DNA from: Spirochaetia bacterium
Lineage (GTDB): Bacteria > Spirochaetota > Spirochaetia > UBA9216
Assembly (NCBI GenBank): GCA_963677925.2
Contig: CAXXYH010000004.1
Location: 1,216,001-1,280,000 of the forward strand
Reading direction: 5' to 3'
Length of the DNA stretch: 64,000 bases
The notes under the pieces were generated by a model, which worked only from the letters and a program-made list of their open reading frames with translations, did no database searches and was not told the DNA's origin. Positions 56,212-64,000 of this stretch are shown here, piece by piece; position 1 is the stretch's first letter, and every line of letters starts with the position of its first letter. The position numbers and the translations under genes were made by a program.

Positions 56212-56763
56212 ATGCATAATCATAAGAAAATAATTCTTATTCTGATTTTTTTATCCTGCTTAACATTTATTCAGGCTCAGGAGCTTTCTTCTGAGCCTGA
56301 AGCAGTTTCGGGACAGGAGTCCGCTTTACTTCCGGAAAACGGAGTGTCTCTTGATTTTCGGATAGGAGCCGGCAGCACCTTCATTATTCCGGGACTATCT
56401 GCGGAACTTGGAGTTCCAATTACTTTTCTTGACAGAAATCTTACCCTCACGCCCTTTGTCGGTTTTCTGTATCAGTTTGCCGTCATGGATGAACTTCAGC
56501 AGGGTATATACTTTCCCGCCGGTGTTTCGATTATTCATAATCCTACATCACTGGGGTTAAAGCTCAAATATAATTTTCCACTTTCATGGACCGGACATTA
56601 CTTTGATGTACTGCTTATGAGCAATAAAACCGTGTATGAATCAGACCCGTTTTCGCTGTATTTTGACCTGCTTTTCGGACCGGCTGTATACCTTGATACT
56701 TCAACGGACATCAGTGTTTATATCAATTTGAGACTTGGATTTGGTGCAAGATATCACCTGTAA
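56212..56763 (+). CDS. Hypothetical exported protein, possible small beta-barrel
   Basis: Signal peptide (..TFIQA), alternating hydrophobic strands, C-terminal LRLGFGARYHL. Confidence 0.6.
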   Translation: MHNHKKIILILIFLSCLTFIQAQELSSEPEAVSGQESALLPENGVSLDFRIGAGSTFIIPGLSAELGVPITFLDRNLTLTPFVGFLYQFAVMDELQQGIYFPAGVSIIHNPTSLGLKLKYNFPLSWTGHYFDVLLMSNKTVYESDPFSLYFDLLFGPAVYLDTSTDISVYINLRLGFGARYHL

Positions 56764-56767
56764 CTGG

Positions 56768-56796
56768 TTGACTAAATCGATAAAATAAACTAAATT
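56768..56796 (+). promoter_or_regulatory. Promoter of tRNA-Leu
   Basis: TTGACT, 17 bp, TAAATT, ending 13 bp upstream of the tRNA. Confidence 0.65.
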
Positions 56797-56809
56797 ATCC
56801 GAGCATTAA

Positions 56810-56893
56810 GCAGCAGTGGTGGAATTGGTAGACACGCTAGCTTGAGGGGCTAGTGGGCGTTCGCTCGTGGAGGTTCAAGTCCTCTCTGCTGCA
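56810..56893 (+). tRNA. tRNA-Leu (GAG)
   Basis: GCAGCAGTGGTGGAATTGGTAGACACGCTAGCTTGAGGGGCTAGTGGGCGTTCGCTCGTGGAGGTTCAAGTCCTCTCTGCTGCA; long variable arm. Confidence 0.96.
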
Positions 56894-56937
56894 GATAAAA
56901 AAAGGCTATCCGACAAAGGATAGTCTTTTTTTATCTG
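56892..56937 (+). terminator. Terminator after tRNA-Leu (20-bp stem)
   Basis: CAGATAAAAAAAGGCTATCC-GACAAA-GGATAGTCTTTTTTTATCTG. Confidence 0.85.
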
Positions 56938-56946
56938 TACTCAGAA

Positions 56947-57096
56947 AGAGAGGACTTGAACCGGAGCTTCGGTGCGAATACTTGGAGCGCAAAACTGCGA
57001 GGATGCAGTTTTAGAAGCGTAGGCGGGTTGTAGTGAGCTGTCCGGATACAGCGACTGAAAACCAAGTCCTCGGAGAACCTTCGGTTCTCTGCTGCA
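56947..57096 (+). repeat. tRNA-linked RtT-like structured repeat unit
   Basis: 16-nt inverted copy of the tRNA T-arm (56947-56962), internal hairpins, and a regenerated tRNA 3' end CAAGTCC[16-nt insert]TCTCTGCTGCA at 57063-57096. Confidence 0.75.
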
Positions 57097-57107
57097 ATAT
57101 AAATAGT

Positions 57108-57142
57108 AAGAGATTAATCAATGATGATTAGTCTCTTTTTTT
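57108..57142 (+). terminator. Second terminator after the regenerated tRNA 3' end
   Basis: AAGAGATTAATCA-ATGA-TGATTAGTCTCTT followed by a T-run. Confidence 0.75.
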
Positions 57143-57269
57143 ATACTAAATCGCAAACTAACAATGATGCTGAGTTTTTATAGAGCTCAATTGAAATATG
57201 TTTGCCGACAGGCGGCTTTTTTATTAATAAATTTGAGGTTGCTCAATATAATTTGCCGGATCTTGATTT

Positions 57270-58208
57270 CTACTTCAGATTCTTAATCTTTTCTCTGTAA
57301 AACTCAGTTCCCTGTGACAGTTTATTAAGAATCGGTTCGATTGCCCAAATTCTTTCATATACATCATAGGTTATAGCCCTCGATTTAACAGTGTCAAAAT
57401 TGCCAATTTGCTTATGATACATTTTAGCAATAACCGGATATCCGTAGGACTCAGTGCATGCAGCGAGTACGAGAAATGTAGCCAGCTCTTCAGCTTCTTC
57501 AGGATATTTCTCACCGTTGGTATATAACCATTTATAGAGGTCAGGGTGAAAGTTCGCAAGTACTCCGTTGAATCCTTTTGACCCTGCTTTCATGGCGTCC
57601 CATGCAATAGCGGCATTAGCATTTAAGATGGAAATTCCTGATTCTTTTGTTATCCGGATACGGTTCTTGATTGTTTCAAGATCACAAGATACGTCTTTAA
57701 CCATGTTAAAGCGTCCGGTATCTGCCATATATTTCAACTCATCATCGGTGATCAGCCTTCGGAACGGAGCCGGACATTCATACATTCCCAGAGGAATATC
57801 CCCGGGCAGCTTGTCAATTAACCAGTTCAGGTTCCCTATGAAGGTTTCTGTTCCGCGTTGGTGAGGATCCAGGTGATTTGATACAAGAACTATTCCATCG
57901 GCTCCGGAATCAACTGCAGCTGTTAATTCCTCGATTTGATCATATGGGTCATCACTGATATGGCCGCTCGCAACTACAGGAATTCGACCATTAACGTATT
58001 TTACTACGGTTCGGGCAAGTTCTGCTCGTTCGTTTAGAGATAGATGCTGCATCTCACTTGATTGACATACTGCAAACAGAGCATCTGCTCCCATTTTTAT
58101 ATACCATTCTACGATTCTCTCAAGGCTCTTATAATCAATCCGGTTGTCCTCGGTAAAAGGTGTAATCATTACGGGTACTATGCCCTCGATTACTTTATTG
58201 CTTTTCAT
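57270..58208 (-). CDS. Dihydrodipicolinate synthase (DapA/NAL) family protein, non-canonical
   Basis: GIVPVMITPFT, VCQSSEM (in place of GTTGE), YECPAP, Schiff-base Lys in KDVSC. Confidence 0.88.
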   Translation of the reverse strand: MKSNKVIEGIVPVMITPFTEDNRIDYKSLERIVEWYIKMGADALFAVCQSSEMQHLSLNERAELARTVVKYVNGRIPVVASGHISDDPYDQIEELTAAVDSGADGIVLVSNHLDPHQRGTETFIGNLNWLIDKLPGDIPLGMYECPAPFRRLITDDELKYMADTGRFNMVKDVSCDLETIKNRIRITKESGISILNANAAIAWDAMKAGSKGFNGVLANFHPDLYKWLYTNGEKYPEEAEELATFLVLAACTESYGYPVIAKMYHKQIGNFDTVKSRAITYDVYERIWAIEPILNKLSQGTEFYREKIKNLK

Positions 58209-58276
58209 TATTTTCTCCTTAATATAGAATCAATTTGCTTATTCTCAGTTAAGATAGTATCGAACAAAATAAACAC

Positions 58277-59236
58277 TTAATCCACCTGAAAAACCGGTTC
58301 TTTACCTGTGATTACATTATAAATATTCTGGAAACAGCATTCTCCGATACGTATTGTTGCCTCTTGAGTAGATGCTCCTATATGAGGGAATGCTATTACT
58401 CTGGGATGATTTACCAGATCGAAAGATCTAGTCGGCTCTTCTCTGAAAGCATCTATAGCTGCGCTGCTGATAATCTGTTGATTTAATGCCGTAAGTAAAT
58501 CATCTTCATTTACTATTCCTCCTCTTGCCATATTTATTAAAGAAACATTCGGTTTCATCATCTTCATCTCATGCAGCGTAATAAGGTTCCTGGTTTCTTC
58601 TGTAAGCGGAATATTTAATGTTATATAATCTGATTCTTTGTAGAGTTGCTCCAGACCGGTATATTCAAATTCATATTCTTCAATAAGTTTATAATCAGCG
58701 ACGATATCATATACAAGTACTTTCATATTAAATCCCGACAAAAGCTTTAAAATATTTTTTCCGACATTACCCATACCAATTATGCCTAGTGTTTTGCGGG
58801 ACAACTCTGTACCAAGACTGGAATCCCATATACCATTTTTCATGGCATTATTTATGCAAAAAATATCTCGGGCCAAACCAAGCATTGAGGCTACAACAAG
58901 TTCCGCTACAGCAAGGCTGTTTAATCCCTGACAATTGGTCACCTTGATTCCAAGTTCCTTTGCAGTCTGCTTATCTACATTATCAGTCCCGATTCCATGC
59001 TTGCATACTACCTTCAGTTTTGTTCCGCTCATTAATACAGTTTTTGTTATGTCTTCCAGACCAAATATATAACCATCGACATCCTTTATTAGATTTACTA
59101 CTTCATCCTCGGACAGTTTTGCATTTGAAAAACAGGTGATGACTTCAACACCCTTTTCCTGAAATTTTTTTATCATATGACTGTTTACGATGGCAGATTC
59201 TTTTTCTGTCAAAGTTATAAGTACTTTTAATCCCAT
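58277..59236 (-). CDS. D-2-hydroxyacid / phosphoglycerate dehydrogenase-like oxidoreductase
   Basis: HGIGTDNVD, AVAEL, GIIGMGNVG, LINMARGGIVNE, DAFREEP, PHIGAST; ATG 59236 after AGGAGA. Confidence 0.9.
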   Translation of the reverse strand: MGLKVLITLTEKESAIVNSHMIKKFQEKGVEVITCFSNAKLSEDEVVNLIKDVDGYIFGLEDITKTVLMSGTKLKVVCKHGIGTDNVDKQTAKELGIKVTNCQGLNSLAVAELVVASMLGLARDIFCINNAMKNGIWDSSLGTELSRKTLGIIGMGNVGKNILKLLSGFNMKVLVYDIVADYKLIEEYEFEYTGLEQLYKESDYITLNIPLTEETRNLITLHEMKMMKPNVSLINMARGGIVNEDDLLTALNQQIISSAAIDAFREEPTRSFDLVNHPRVIAFPHIGASTQEATIRIGECCFQNIYNVITGKEPVFQVD

Positions 59237-59313
59237 TAGATTTCTCCTGAAATCATGTTCTGTAAACACTAGGCTGTTAAAGTGTTTAAGTATTTAAAGA
59301 AGATTTTTTAAAA

Positions 59314-59342
59314 ATCATAGCTTTACATATGACATATGTCAA
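59314..59342 (-). promoter_or_regulatory. Promoter of the dehydrogenase-DapA operon with an overlapping GntR-type palindrome
   Basis: Minus strand TTGACA, 17 bp, TATGAT; perfect dyad ACATATG-A-CATATGT at 59325-59339. Confidence 0.72.
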
Positions 59343-59439
59343 CAATAAAGAGAATTTAGAAAACTTTTATTTTCACAGCATGGATTCCCGGCAGCTGTTT
59401 TTATTGACAGTCTGCACTTTTTACTTAATTATAATTGGT

Positions 59440-60159
59440 ATGAGAAAGGTCCAGCCTTTTAACCAGCAGACTAAATCTGAATTTGTGGAATCGCAGTTAG
59501 AAAAACTTATTCTCTCATCCCAATACAAAGAGGGGGACAGGTTGCCTTCTCAGAGTGAATTATCAAATCAATTCAATGTCGGGACCAGGATTATCAGAGA
59601 AGTGTTAAAGCATCTTGAAGCTAAAGGTTTAGTTTCGTTGGAGCAGGGACGGGGTGTTTTTGTCCGAAAACAGCGGCTTGATTTCTATCTAAAATCATTA
59701 ACAGCCAGTATTTCTAATGAACTTCCTCAAAATAAAAAAGTTCTTATAGACCTGACCAAGGCAAGGGAACTCTGGGAAATTTATGCTTTAGAGCAATTTA
59801 TGGAGAACCCTGATTCTGAATTTTTAGAAAAGATGAATGGCTTGGTTAATAAGATGGAAATCTTGAGCAGGGAAAAAGATATGGCAGAATATCGCGCCCT
59901 TGATATAGAGTTTCATAGGAGTCTGGTCTCCGTTCTTCATAATGATGTAATTGATTATATGTATAAGCATCTTACCAATCTTCTTATGTACAGCATAATT
60001 AATACCGAGCAAAAAAATAATTATACTGGACTTACTGATCATAAGGAGGTGCTGCAATTTCTAACAGAAGGAAATGTTGAAGGAGCTGTAAAAACTATAC
60101 GGGGACATTTCGCAAAAACTGTTCAAACCATTCAATCGTTAGATACTATCCAGGATTAA
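59440..60159 (+). CDS. GntR/FadR family transcriptional regulator
   Basis: GDRLPSQSELSNQFNVG..IIREVLKHLEAKGLV...QGRGVFV, FCD domain DIEFH. Start 59440 preferred over 59329, which would overlap the promoters. Confidence 0.9.
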   Translation: MRKVQPFNQQTKSEFVESQLEKLILSSQYKEGDRLPSQSELSNQFNVGTRIIREVLKHLEAKGLVSLEQGRGVFVRKQRLDFYLKSLTASISNELPQNKKVLIDLTKARELWEIYALEQFMENPDSEFLEKMNGLVNKMEILSREKDMAEYRALDIEFHRSLVSVLHNDVIDYMYKHLTNLLMYSIINTEQKNNYTGLTDHKEVLQFLTEGNVEGAVKTIRGHFAKTVQTIQSLDTIQD

Positions 60160-60182
60160 GCTAAATATTATATCTGAAAGTA

Positions 60183-62204
60183 TCAATTAATAACGGTTTT
60201 ATCAGCTTCGTAGAAAGCTTCCGTCAGATTGCTGTTAAGCGTCTGATTATATAAGTCATATTTTTTCATTTTACGCCATAAGGTTGTTAAACTGATTCCA
60301 AGGACATCAGCTGCGCTTTTTCTGTTACCGTTAAACCGGGTTAATGCTGCAATTATCTTATCCTTTTCATCTGAGAATAATAGATTTGATTGAACTTCAG
60401 GTTCTATATTTTTTTCAGTTTGAACTTTCCTGGATTTAAACATGTATACATCTTGTATCTGCTTTTTTAAGAAGGCGGCTGAAATGATATTGCGATCAGC
60501 CACTACAATCAATCGTTCACAGAAATTTCTTAACTGACGGATATTACCCTTCCATTCGAAATCAAGCAGCAGCTTTTTTGCCTGTTCATCTAACTGTATA
60601 ATTTTATTATAGGTTTCCCCGAAAATTTGTAAAAAATGCTCAGTTAAAAGAATTGCATCTGAATCTCTGTTTCTTAACGGAGGAATAAATAAAGTTAATA
60701 CATTAAGCCTGTAGAATAGATCTTCTCTGAACTTATCCTGTTCAACTAAATCCATCAGGTTTTTATTTGAAGCCGCTATAATCCTGATATTAACATGCTT
60801 AACTTCATTTGAACCGACTCTGGTGAATGAACGTTCTTCCAGGACTCTAAGCAATCGCAGTTGGGCATTAATGTCCATTTCTGAAATTTCATCCAGGAAG
60901 ATTGTTCCTTTATCTGCTATCTCTATAAGCCCTTTTTTCCCCTTTTTTGATGCCCCGGTGAATGCTCCTTCAACATAGCCGAATAATTCGCTTTCAAGCA
61001 GATGGAGCGGTATTGCACCGCAATTAAGAGCAACAAAGGGTCCATTATTTCTTAAGCTGTTATTATGAATGCTTTGTGCAAAAACTTCTTTTCCTGTTCC
61101 TGTTTCGCCGAAAATAAGAATATTAGAGTCGTATCTTGCAAATTGCGCAGCGAGTCTCTTTGTTTCGATTATTGCAGGAGATTCTCCTTTAATATTTGAA
61201 AAATCATATCTTGCTGAGTTATTTGCATTTTTTGGAGTTTTTGAAGAGTTTTCTATACTATTCTTGTCATTCAGTAGGATGAAGTTTGCAACTGCAGTAC
61301 CCGAATCGGTGTTTTGAATTACGGGATTTATATTTAATACAATTACTGCATGTCCAATATCTATTATTCTTCCGAATATATTTGCTCCGGTGTTTAAGAT
61401 AGTATCTATTTCTGATTTATTTAATTCAGGAATTAAATTGCATATCTGTGAGCCGATAATCTCTGTCTTTGGAAGCCTGAAAATTTTACAAACCGCTGAA
61501 TTGCATATTAATATATTACCCTGTTCGTCCAGGGTCATTACTGGATGAAAAGAATAATCTATAAGAGTTTCAAGTTCCTTCTTCTTTTTTTTCATTTCCA
61601 GATTTGCGAGAGCAATATTTTTTGCATATCTGAAACCCTCTTTGAAGAAATCCGGTTCCTGAACAGGTTCGAAAAAAGTAGGTAAGCCCATTTCTTCTGC
61701 AAAAGGCTGAATTTTCTTATTGCACGCGATTATATCGAAATTTTCATCTATTATTTTTTTTAACGTAGTTTTTATCAGAGCCGGGTGGTCTGATTCAAGC
61801 GCAAAATTCTTTATTTCTATATCATATGTTTCACTGAATATTTTTTCATTTATCTGGAGATGTGAGCTGCTCACCAATCCAATTTTTTTAATATTATTCG
61901 TTTTCGATAAATTTGTTTTATTTCTTATCTTATTTAAAATACTCATTGTTTCGGTAGCGGAGAAAACGATTGGTAAAAATGGTATTGAGCAGTTAATTTC
62001 TTTTAATTTATCTATTATTCTGCCCCTGCTGATTACGATATCGAAGTACTTTTCTTCTAATTCAAGTATTAATTTTTTTATTTCTTCGGTCCTGTATACA
62101 TCAATAGAAGCGGCAAAAATTTCAATTTCAAGCTCTTTGCTTATATTGGAAATTATCTCTTTATCTAAATGAATATCAGAATATAAATAAGCGATTTTTA
62201 TCAT
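60183..62204 (-). CDS. Sigma54-dependent transcriptional activator (PrpR-like: PrpR_N, PAS, AAA+, Fis HTH)
   Basis: IVISRG, GETGTGKE, ESELFGYVEGAFTGA, FLDEI, FREDLFYRL, WKGNIRQL, AADVLGISLTTLWRKMK. Confidence 0.93.
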   Translation of the reverse strand: MIKIAYLYSDIHLDKEIISNISKELEIEIFAASIDVYRTEEIKKLILELEEKYFDIVISRGRIIDKLKEINCSIPFLPIVFSATETMSILNKIRNKTNLSKTNNIKKIGLVSSSHLQINEKIFSETYDIEIKNFALESDHPALIKTTLKKIIDENFDIIACNKKIQPFAEEMGLPTFFEPVQEPDFFKEGFRYAKNIALANLEMKKKKKELETLIDYSFHPVMTLDEQGNILICNSAVCKIFRLPKTEIIGSQICNLIPELNKSEIDTILNTGANIFGRIIDIGHAVIVLNINPVIQNTDSGTAVANFILLNDKNSIENSSKTPKNANNSARYDFSNIKGESPAIIETKRLAAQFARYDSNILIFGETGTGKEVFAQSIHNNSLRNNGPFVALNCGAIPLHLLESELFGYVEGAFTGASKKGKKGLIEIADKGTIFLDEISEMDINAQLRLLRVLEERSFTRVGSNEVKHVNIRIIAASNKNLMDLVEQDKFREDLFYRLNVLTLFIPPLRNRDSDAILLTEHFLQIFGETYNKIIQLDEQAKKLLLDFEWKGNIRQLRNFCERLIVVADRNIISAAFLKKQIQDVYMFKSRKVQTEKNIEPEVQSNLLFSDEKDKIIAALTRFNGNRKSAADVLGISLTTLWRKMKKYDLYNQTLNSNLTEAFYEADKTVIN

Positions 62205-62244
62205 ATTGTACCTTATTCTCTAATGATAACATGTGAAACATTGC

Positions 62245-62278
62245 ATTGCAAATAGAAATGAGTATTTCAAATTGAAAT
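62245..62278. promoter_or_regulatory. Candidate upstream activator sequences for the sigma54 activator
   Basis: Perfect dyad ATTTCAA-A-TTGAAAT (62264-62278) and related ATTGCAAATAGAAAT (62245-62259). Confidence 0.55.
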
Positions 62279-62330
62279 GTTAATTATTATAAAAATGGTA
62301 GAAAACATCGGAATTCAGCTGAATTTTAAT

Positions 62331-62346
62331 TGGCATGTTTCTTGCA
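62331..62346 (+). promoter_or_regulatory. sigma54 (-24/-12) promoter
   Basis: TGGCATGTTTCTTGCA matches TGGCA(C/T)-N5-TTGCW and faces the CocE gene, divergent from the sigma54 activator. Confidence 0.85.
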
Positions 62347-62421
62347 TAAAGCTAAGCATCAAAATATTAAAATTTTAAAAGGATCAGGTATTTCCTGTTC
62401 CTGTTGAGGTAGATGGTAGAT

Positions 62422-64000
62422 ATGAGTTCAAAAAGAGTTTCACTTGCGGGCAGGTATCAGGGTATAAGTGAAGTATTGTATCAGGCGACAATTAAAAAAT
62501 CTTTTTATATAGAGAGTTTTGACGGCACCAGACTGGCTGTTGATGTTGTGTTCCCCGCAGAACTGAATGGTGGAACAGCTGATGGTCCCTTTCCGGTGAT
62601 TTTTATAGCTTCCCGTGACAATCGCTTTTTTCCGGAGAAAGGCAACGGTGATGAGGTTGTCAGCAGTCTGGTATTGCATGGATATATTATTGCAGTAGCT
62701 CAACTCAGGGGCTGCGGAGCTTCATTTGGTTACAACGACAGTTTTGCAGGAATGCTACACAGGAAAGATTCCGCTTTTATAATTAACTGGGTTGAAAAAC
62801 AGCCCTGGTGTAATGGGAATGTCGGAATGGTCGGAACCTCCAACCGGGCCTTTATTCAGTATGCAACGGCAACGCTCCAGCCTAAGGCCCTTAAGGCAAT
62901 TACACCAAGTGTGGCAATTACTGATTTTTATTATCAGAATTATCCAAACGGTGTTTCAGCAGTTCCGGGCAGAATGCTTGCAGAAGGAAAAACTGAAAAG
63001 CTTACAAAAGAGCAGCTGCTTGAAAAAGTTGTGCCGGTAGATTCAGATGCTGACGGCAGTATTGCTTATAAGGCCTATGAACAGGATCAGTACGGAAGAA
63101 ATAAGAACTTTGTAAAAAATCTTCTGTTTCCCAATATGCTCAGAGACACCCCAAACCAGAATTTTGACGGGGAACCTACTAATATTACAATACCGCCTGT
63201 TACAGATATTGAAAAGCTGGTTGATAGCGGAGTGAAGCAGCATCAGCTTATCGGTATGTTTGAATCCGGGGCTCTGGGTCAGCTGGCTCATTATAAAAAA
63301 ATGGGCGGAAGTTTTGTTATGGGCCCGTGGAACCACCGCCAGGTACGGAAGGGTAATCCTGATGTTCCTGAAGGTCTTTTTGATTTTGTATCTGAATATC
63401 ACCGCTGGCTGGATTTCTCGCTCAAGGGTCTTGATAACGGTTTTGAAAACGCGCCTCCCGTCTGCTACTACACAGTAAACGCAAAGGACGGAGAGTTCTG
63501 GCGTTATGCTGATACCTGGCCGCTTGAGAATATAAAGCCGGCAGTACTGTATCTGAACAGTAAAAAATCAGTTACCTGCGGCTCGGTTAATGACGGCAGT
63601 CTTACCCAGTACCCGGAAGAGAAGGCTGCTGGTACTGATTATAAAGTAGATACTTCTATCCAGGTCTTCGACAACAATGACGGCAAGGGTGGAACCTACG
63701 ACCGTATGATGATGTACTGGGAAGGCGACATGACTGAAGGTGTTGATAACAAGGGCCTTACCTTTACCTCCGCACCTTTTTTTGCCAGGTATGAAAATCA
63801 GATAGCAGGCTGTGTTTCAGTTGATCTCTGGGTTTCCTCATCATCAGATGATGCTGATTTTATTGTTTACCTGGAAGAAGTTACTTCTGACGGTAAATCA
63901 AGATTCATCAAGGACGGCGTAATAAGAGCCTCTCACCGGACTGTAGATTCAAACAAAGAATGGGAATCTCTGGGTGCAACACACCATACAAGTATGCAGG
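62422..64000 (+). CDS. CocE/NonD family hydrolase, 3' end outside window
   Basis: Not in the ORF track because it has no stop. Manual translation: MSSKRVS...DGTRLAVDV.FP...GPFPVI...LRGCGASFG...QPWCNGNVGMVGTSN...MGPWNH...WPLE...GLTFTSAP...DADFIVYLEEV..DG. Confidence 0.87.
   Translation, partial: MSSKRVSLAGRYQGISEVLYQATIKKSFYIESFDGTRLAVDVVFPAELNGGTADGPFPVIFIASRDNRFFPEKGNGDEVVSSLVLHGYIIAVAQLRGCGASFGYNDSFAGMLHRKDSAFIINWVEKQPWCNGNVGMVGTSNRAFIQYATATLQPKALKAITPSVAITDFYYQNYPNGVSAVPGRMLAEGKTEKLTKEQLLEKVVPVDSDADGSIAYKAYEQDQYGRNKNFVKNLLFPNMLRDTPNQNFDGEPTNITIPPVTDIEKLVDSGVKQHQLIGMFESGALGQLAHYKKMGGSFVMGPWNHRQVRKGNPDVPEGLFDFVSEYHRWLDFSLKGLDNGFENAPPVCYYTVNAKDGEFWRYADTWPLENIKPAVLYLNSKKSVTCGSVNDGSLTQYPEEKAAGTDYKVDTSIQVFDNNDGKGGTYDRMMMYWEGDMTEGVDNKGLTFTSAPFFARYENQIAGCVSVDLWVSSSSDDADFIVYLEEVTSDGKSRFIKDGVIRASHRTVDSNKEWESLGATHHTSMQ

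Noticed and set aside
57270-59236. Calling these genes dapA and serA
   Set aside because: The DapA-like protein lacks GTTGE, the dehydrogenase lacks the ACT domain, and the context is catabolic.
62440-63478. Short ORF-track ORFs near the right end
   Set aside because: Shadows of the long open CocE/NonD frame starting at 62422.
56810-64000. Prophage or ICE at tRNA-Leu
   Set aside because: No integrase, phage or conjugation genes in the window; only metabolic and regulatory genes follow.

Overview
Chromosomal segment of a bacterium that is very probably a free-living spirochaete. The 16S carries the Spirochaetia-type GCAGCAGCTAAGAATCTTCCGCAATGG stretch; this is recognised from memory, not from a database search. 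From left to right the window holds: a ChvE-type sugar-binding gene with a divergent DeoR regulator and an ABC ATPase; a stand-alone HEPN-like gene and tRNA-Cys; MarC, an S10 peptidase and a GH2 beta-galactosidase; a long run of small metabolic, detoxification and signalling genes (three diguanylate cyclases, pyk, TudS-like, MerR/TipA); a complete L-arabinose locus (ribulokinase, LacI, araA, YtfQ-type ABC transporter, SBP-YesM-YesN sensor, araD); an rrn operon (16S-tRNA-Ile-23S-5S); an AT-rich islet; a Na+-type membrane pyrophosphatase cluster; tRNA-Leu; and an AT-rich catabolic islet (DapA-like, 2-hydroxyacid dehydrogenase, GntR, sigma54 activator, CocE/NonD hydrolase cut by the window end). 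The most unusual signal is non-coding. Both the 5S rRNA gene and the tRNA-Leu gene are followed by ~200-bp structured units (periods 202, 209 and 203 bp). Each unit carries an inverted fragment of the host RNA 3' region and internal hairpins, and ends in a regenerated copy of the host 3' end plus a U-tract or terminator. This resembles the E. coli tyrT/RtT repeats but is also built on a 5S rRNA gene, and both sites are followed by AT-rich accessory DNA. All product calls come from motif recognition by eye; no searches or GC computations were run.
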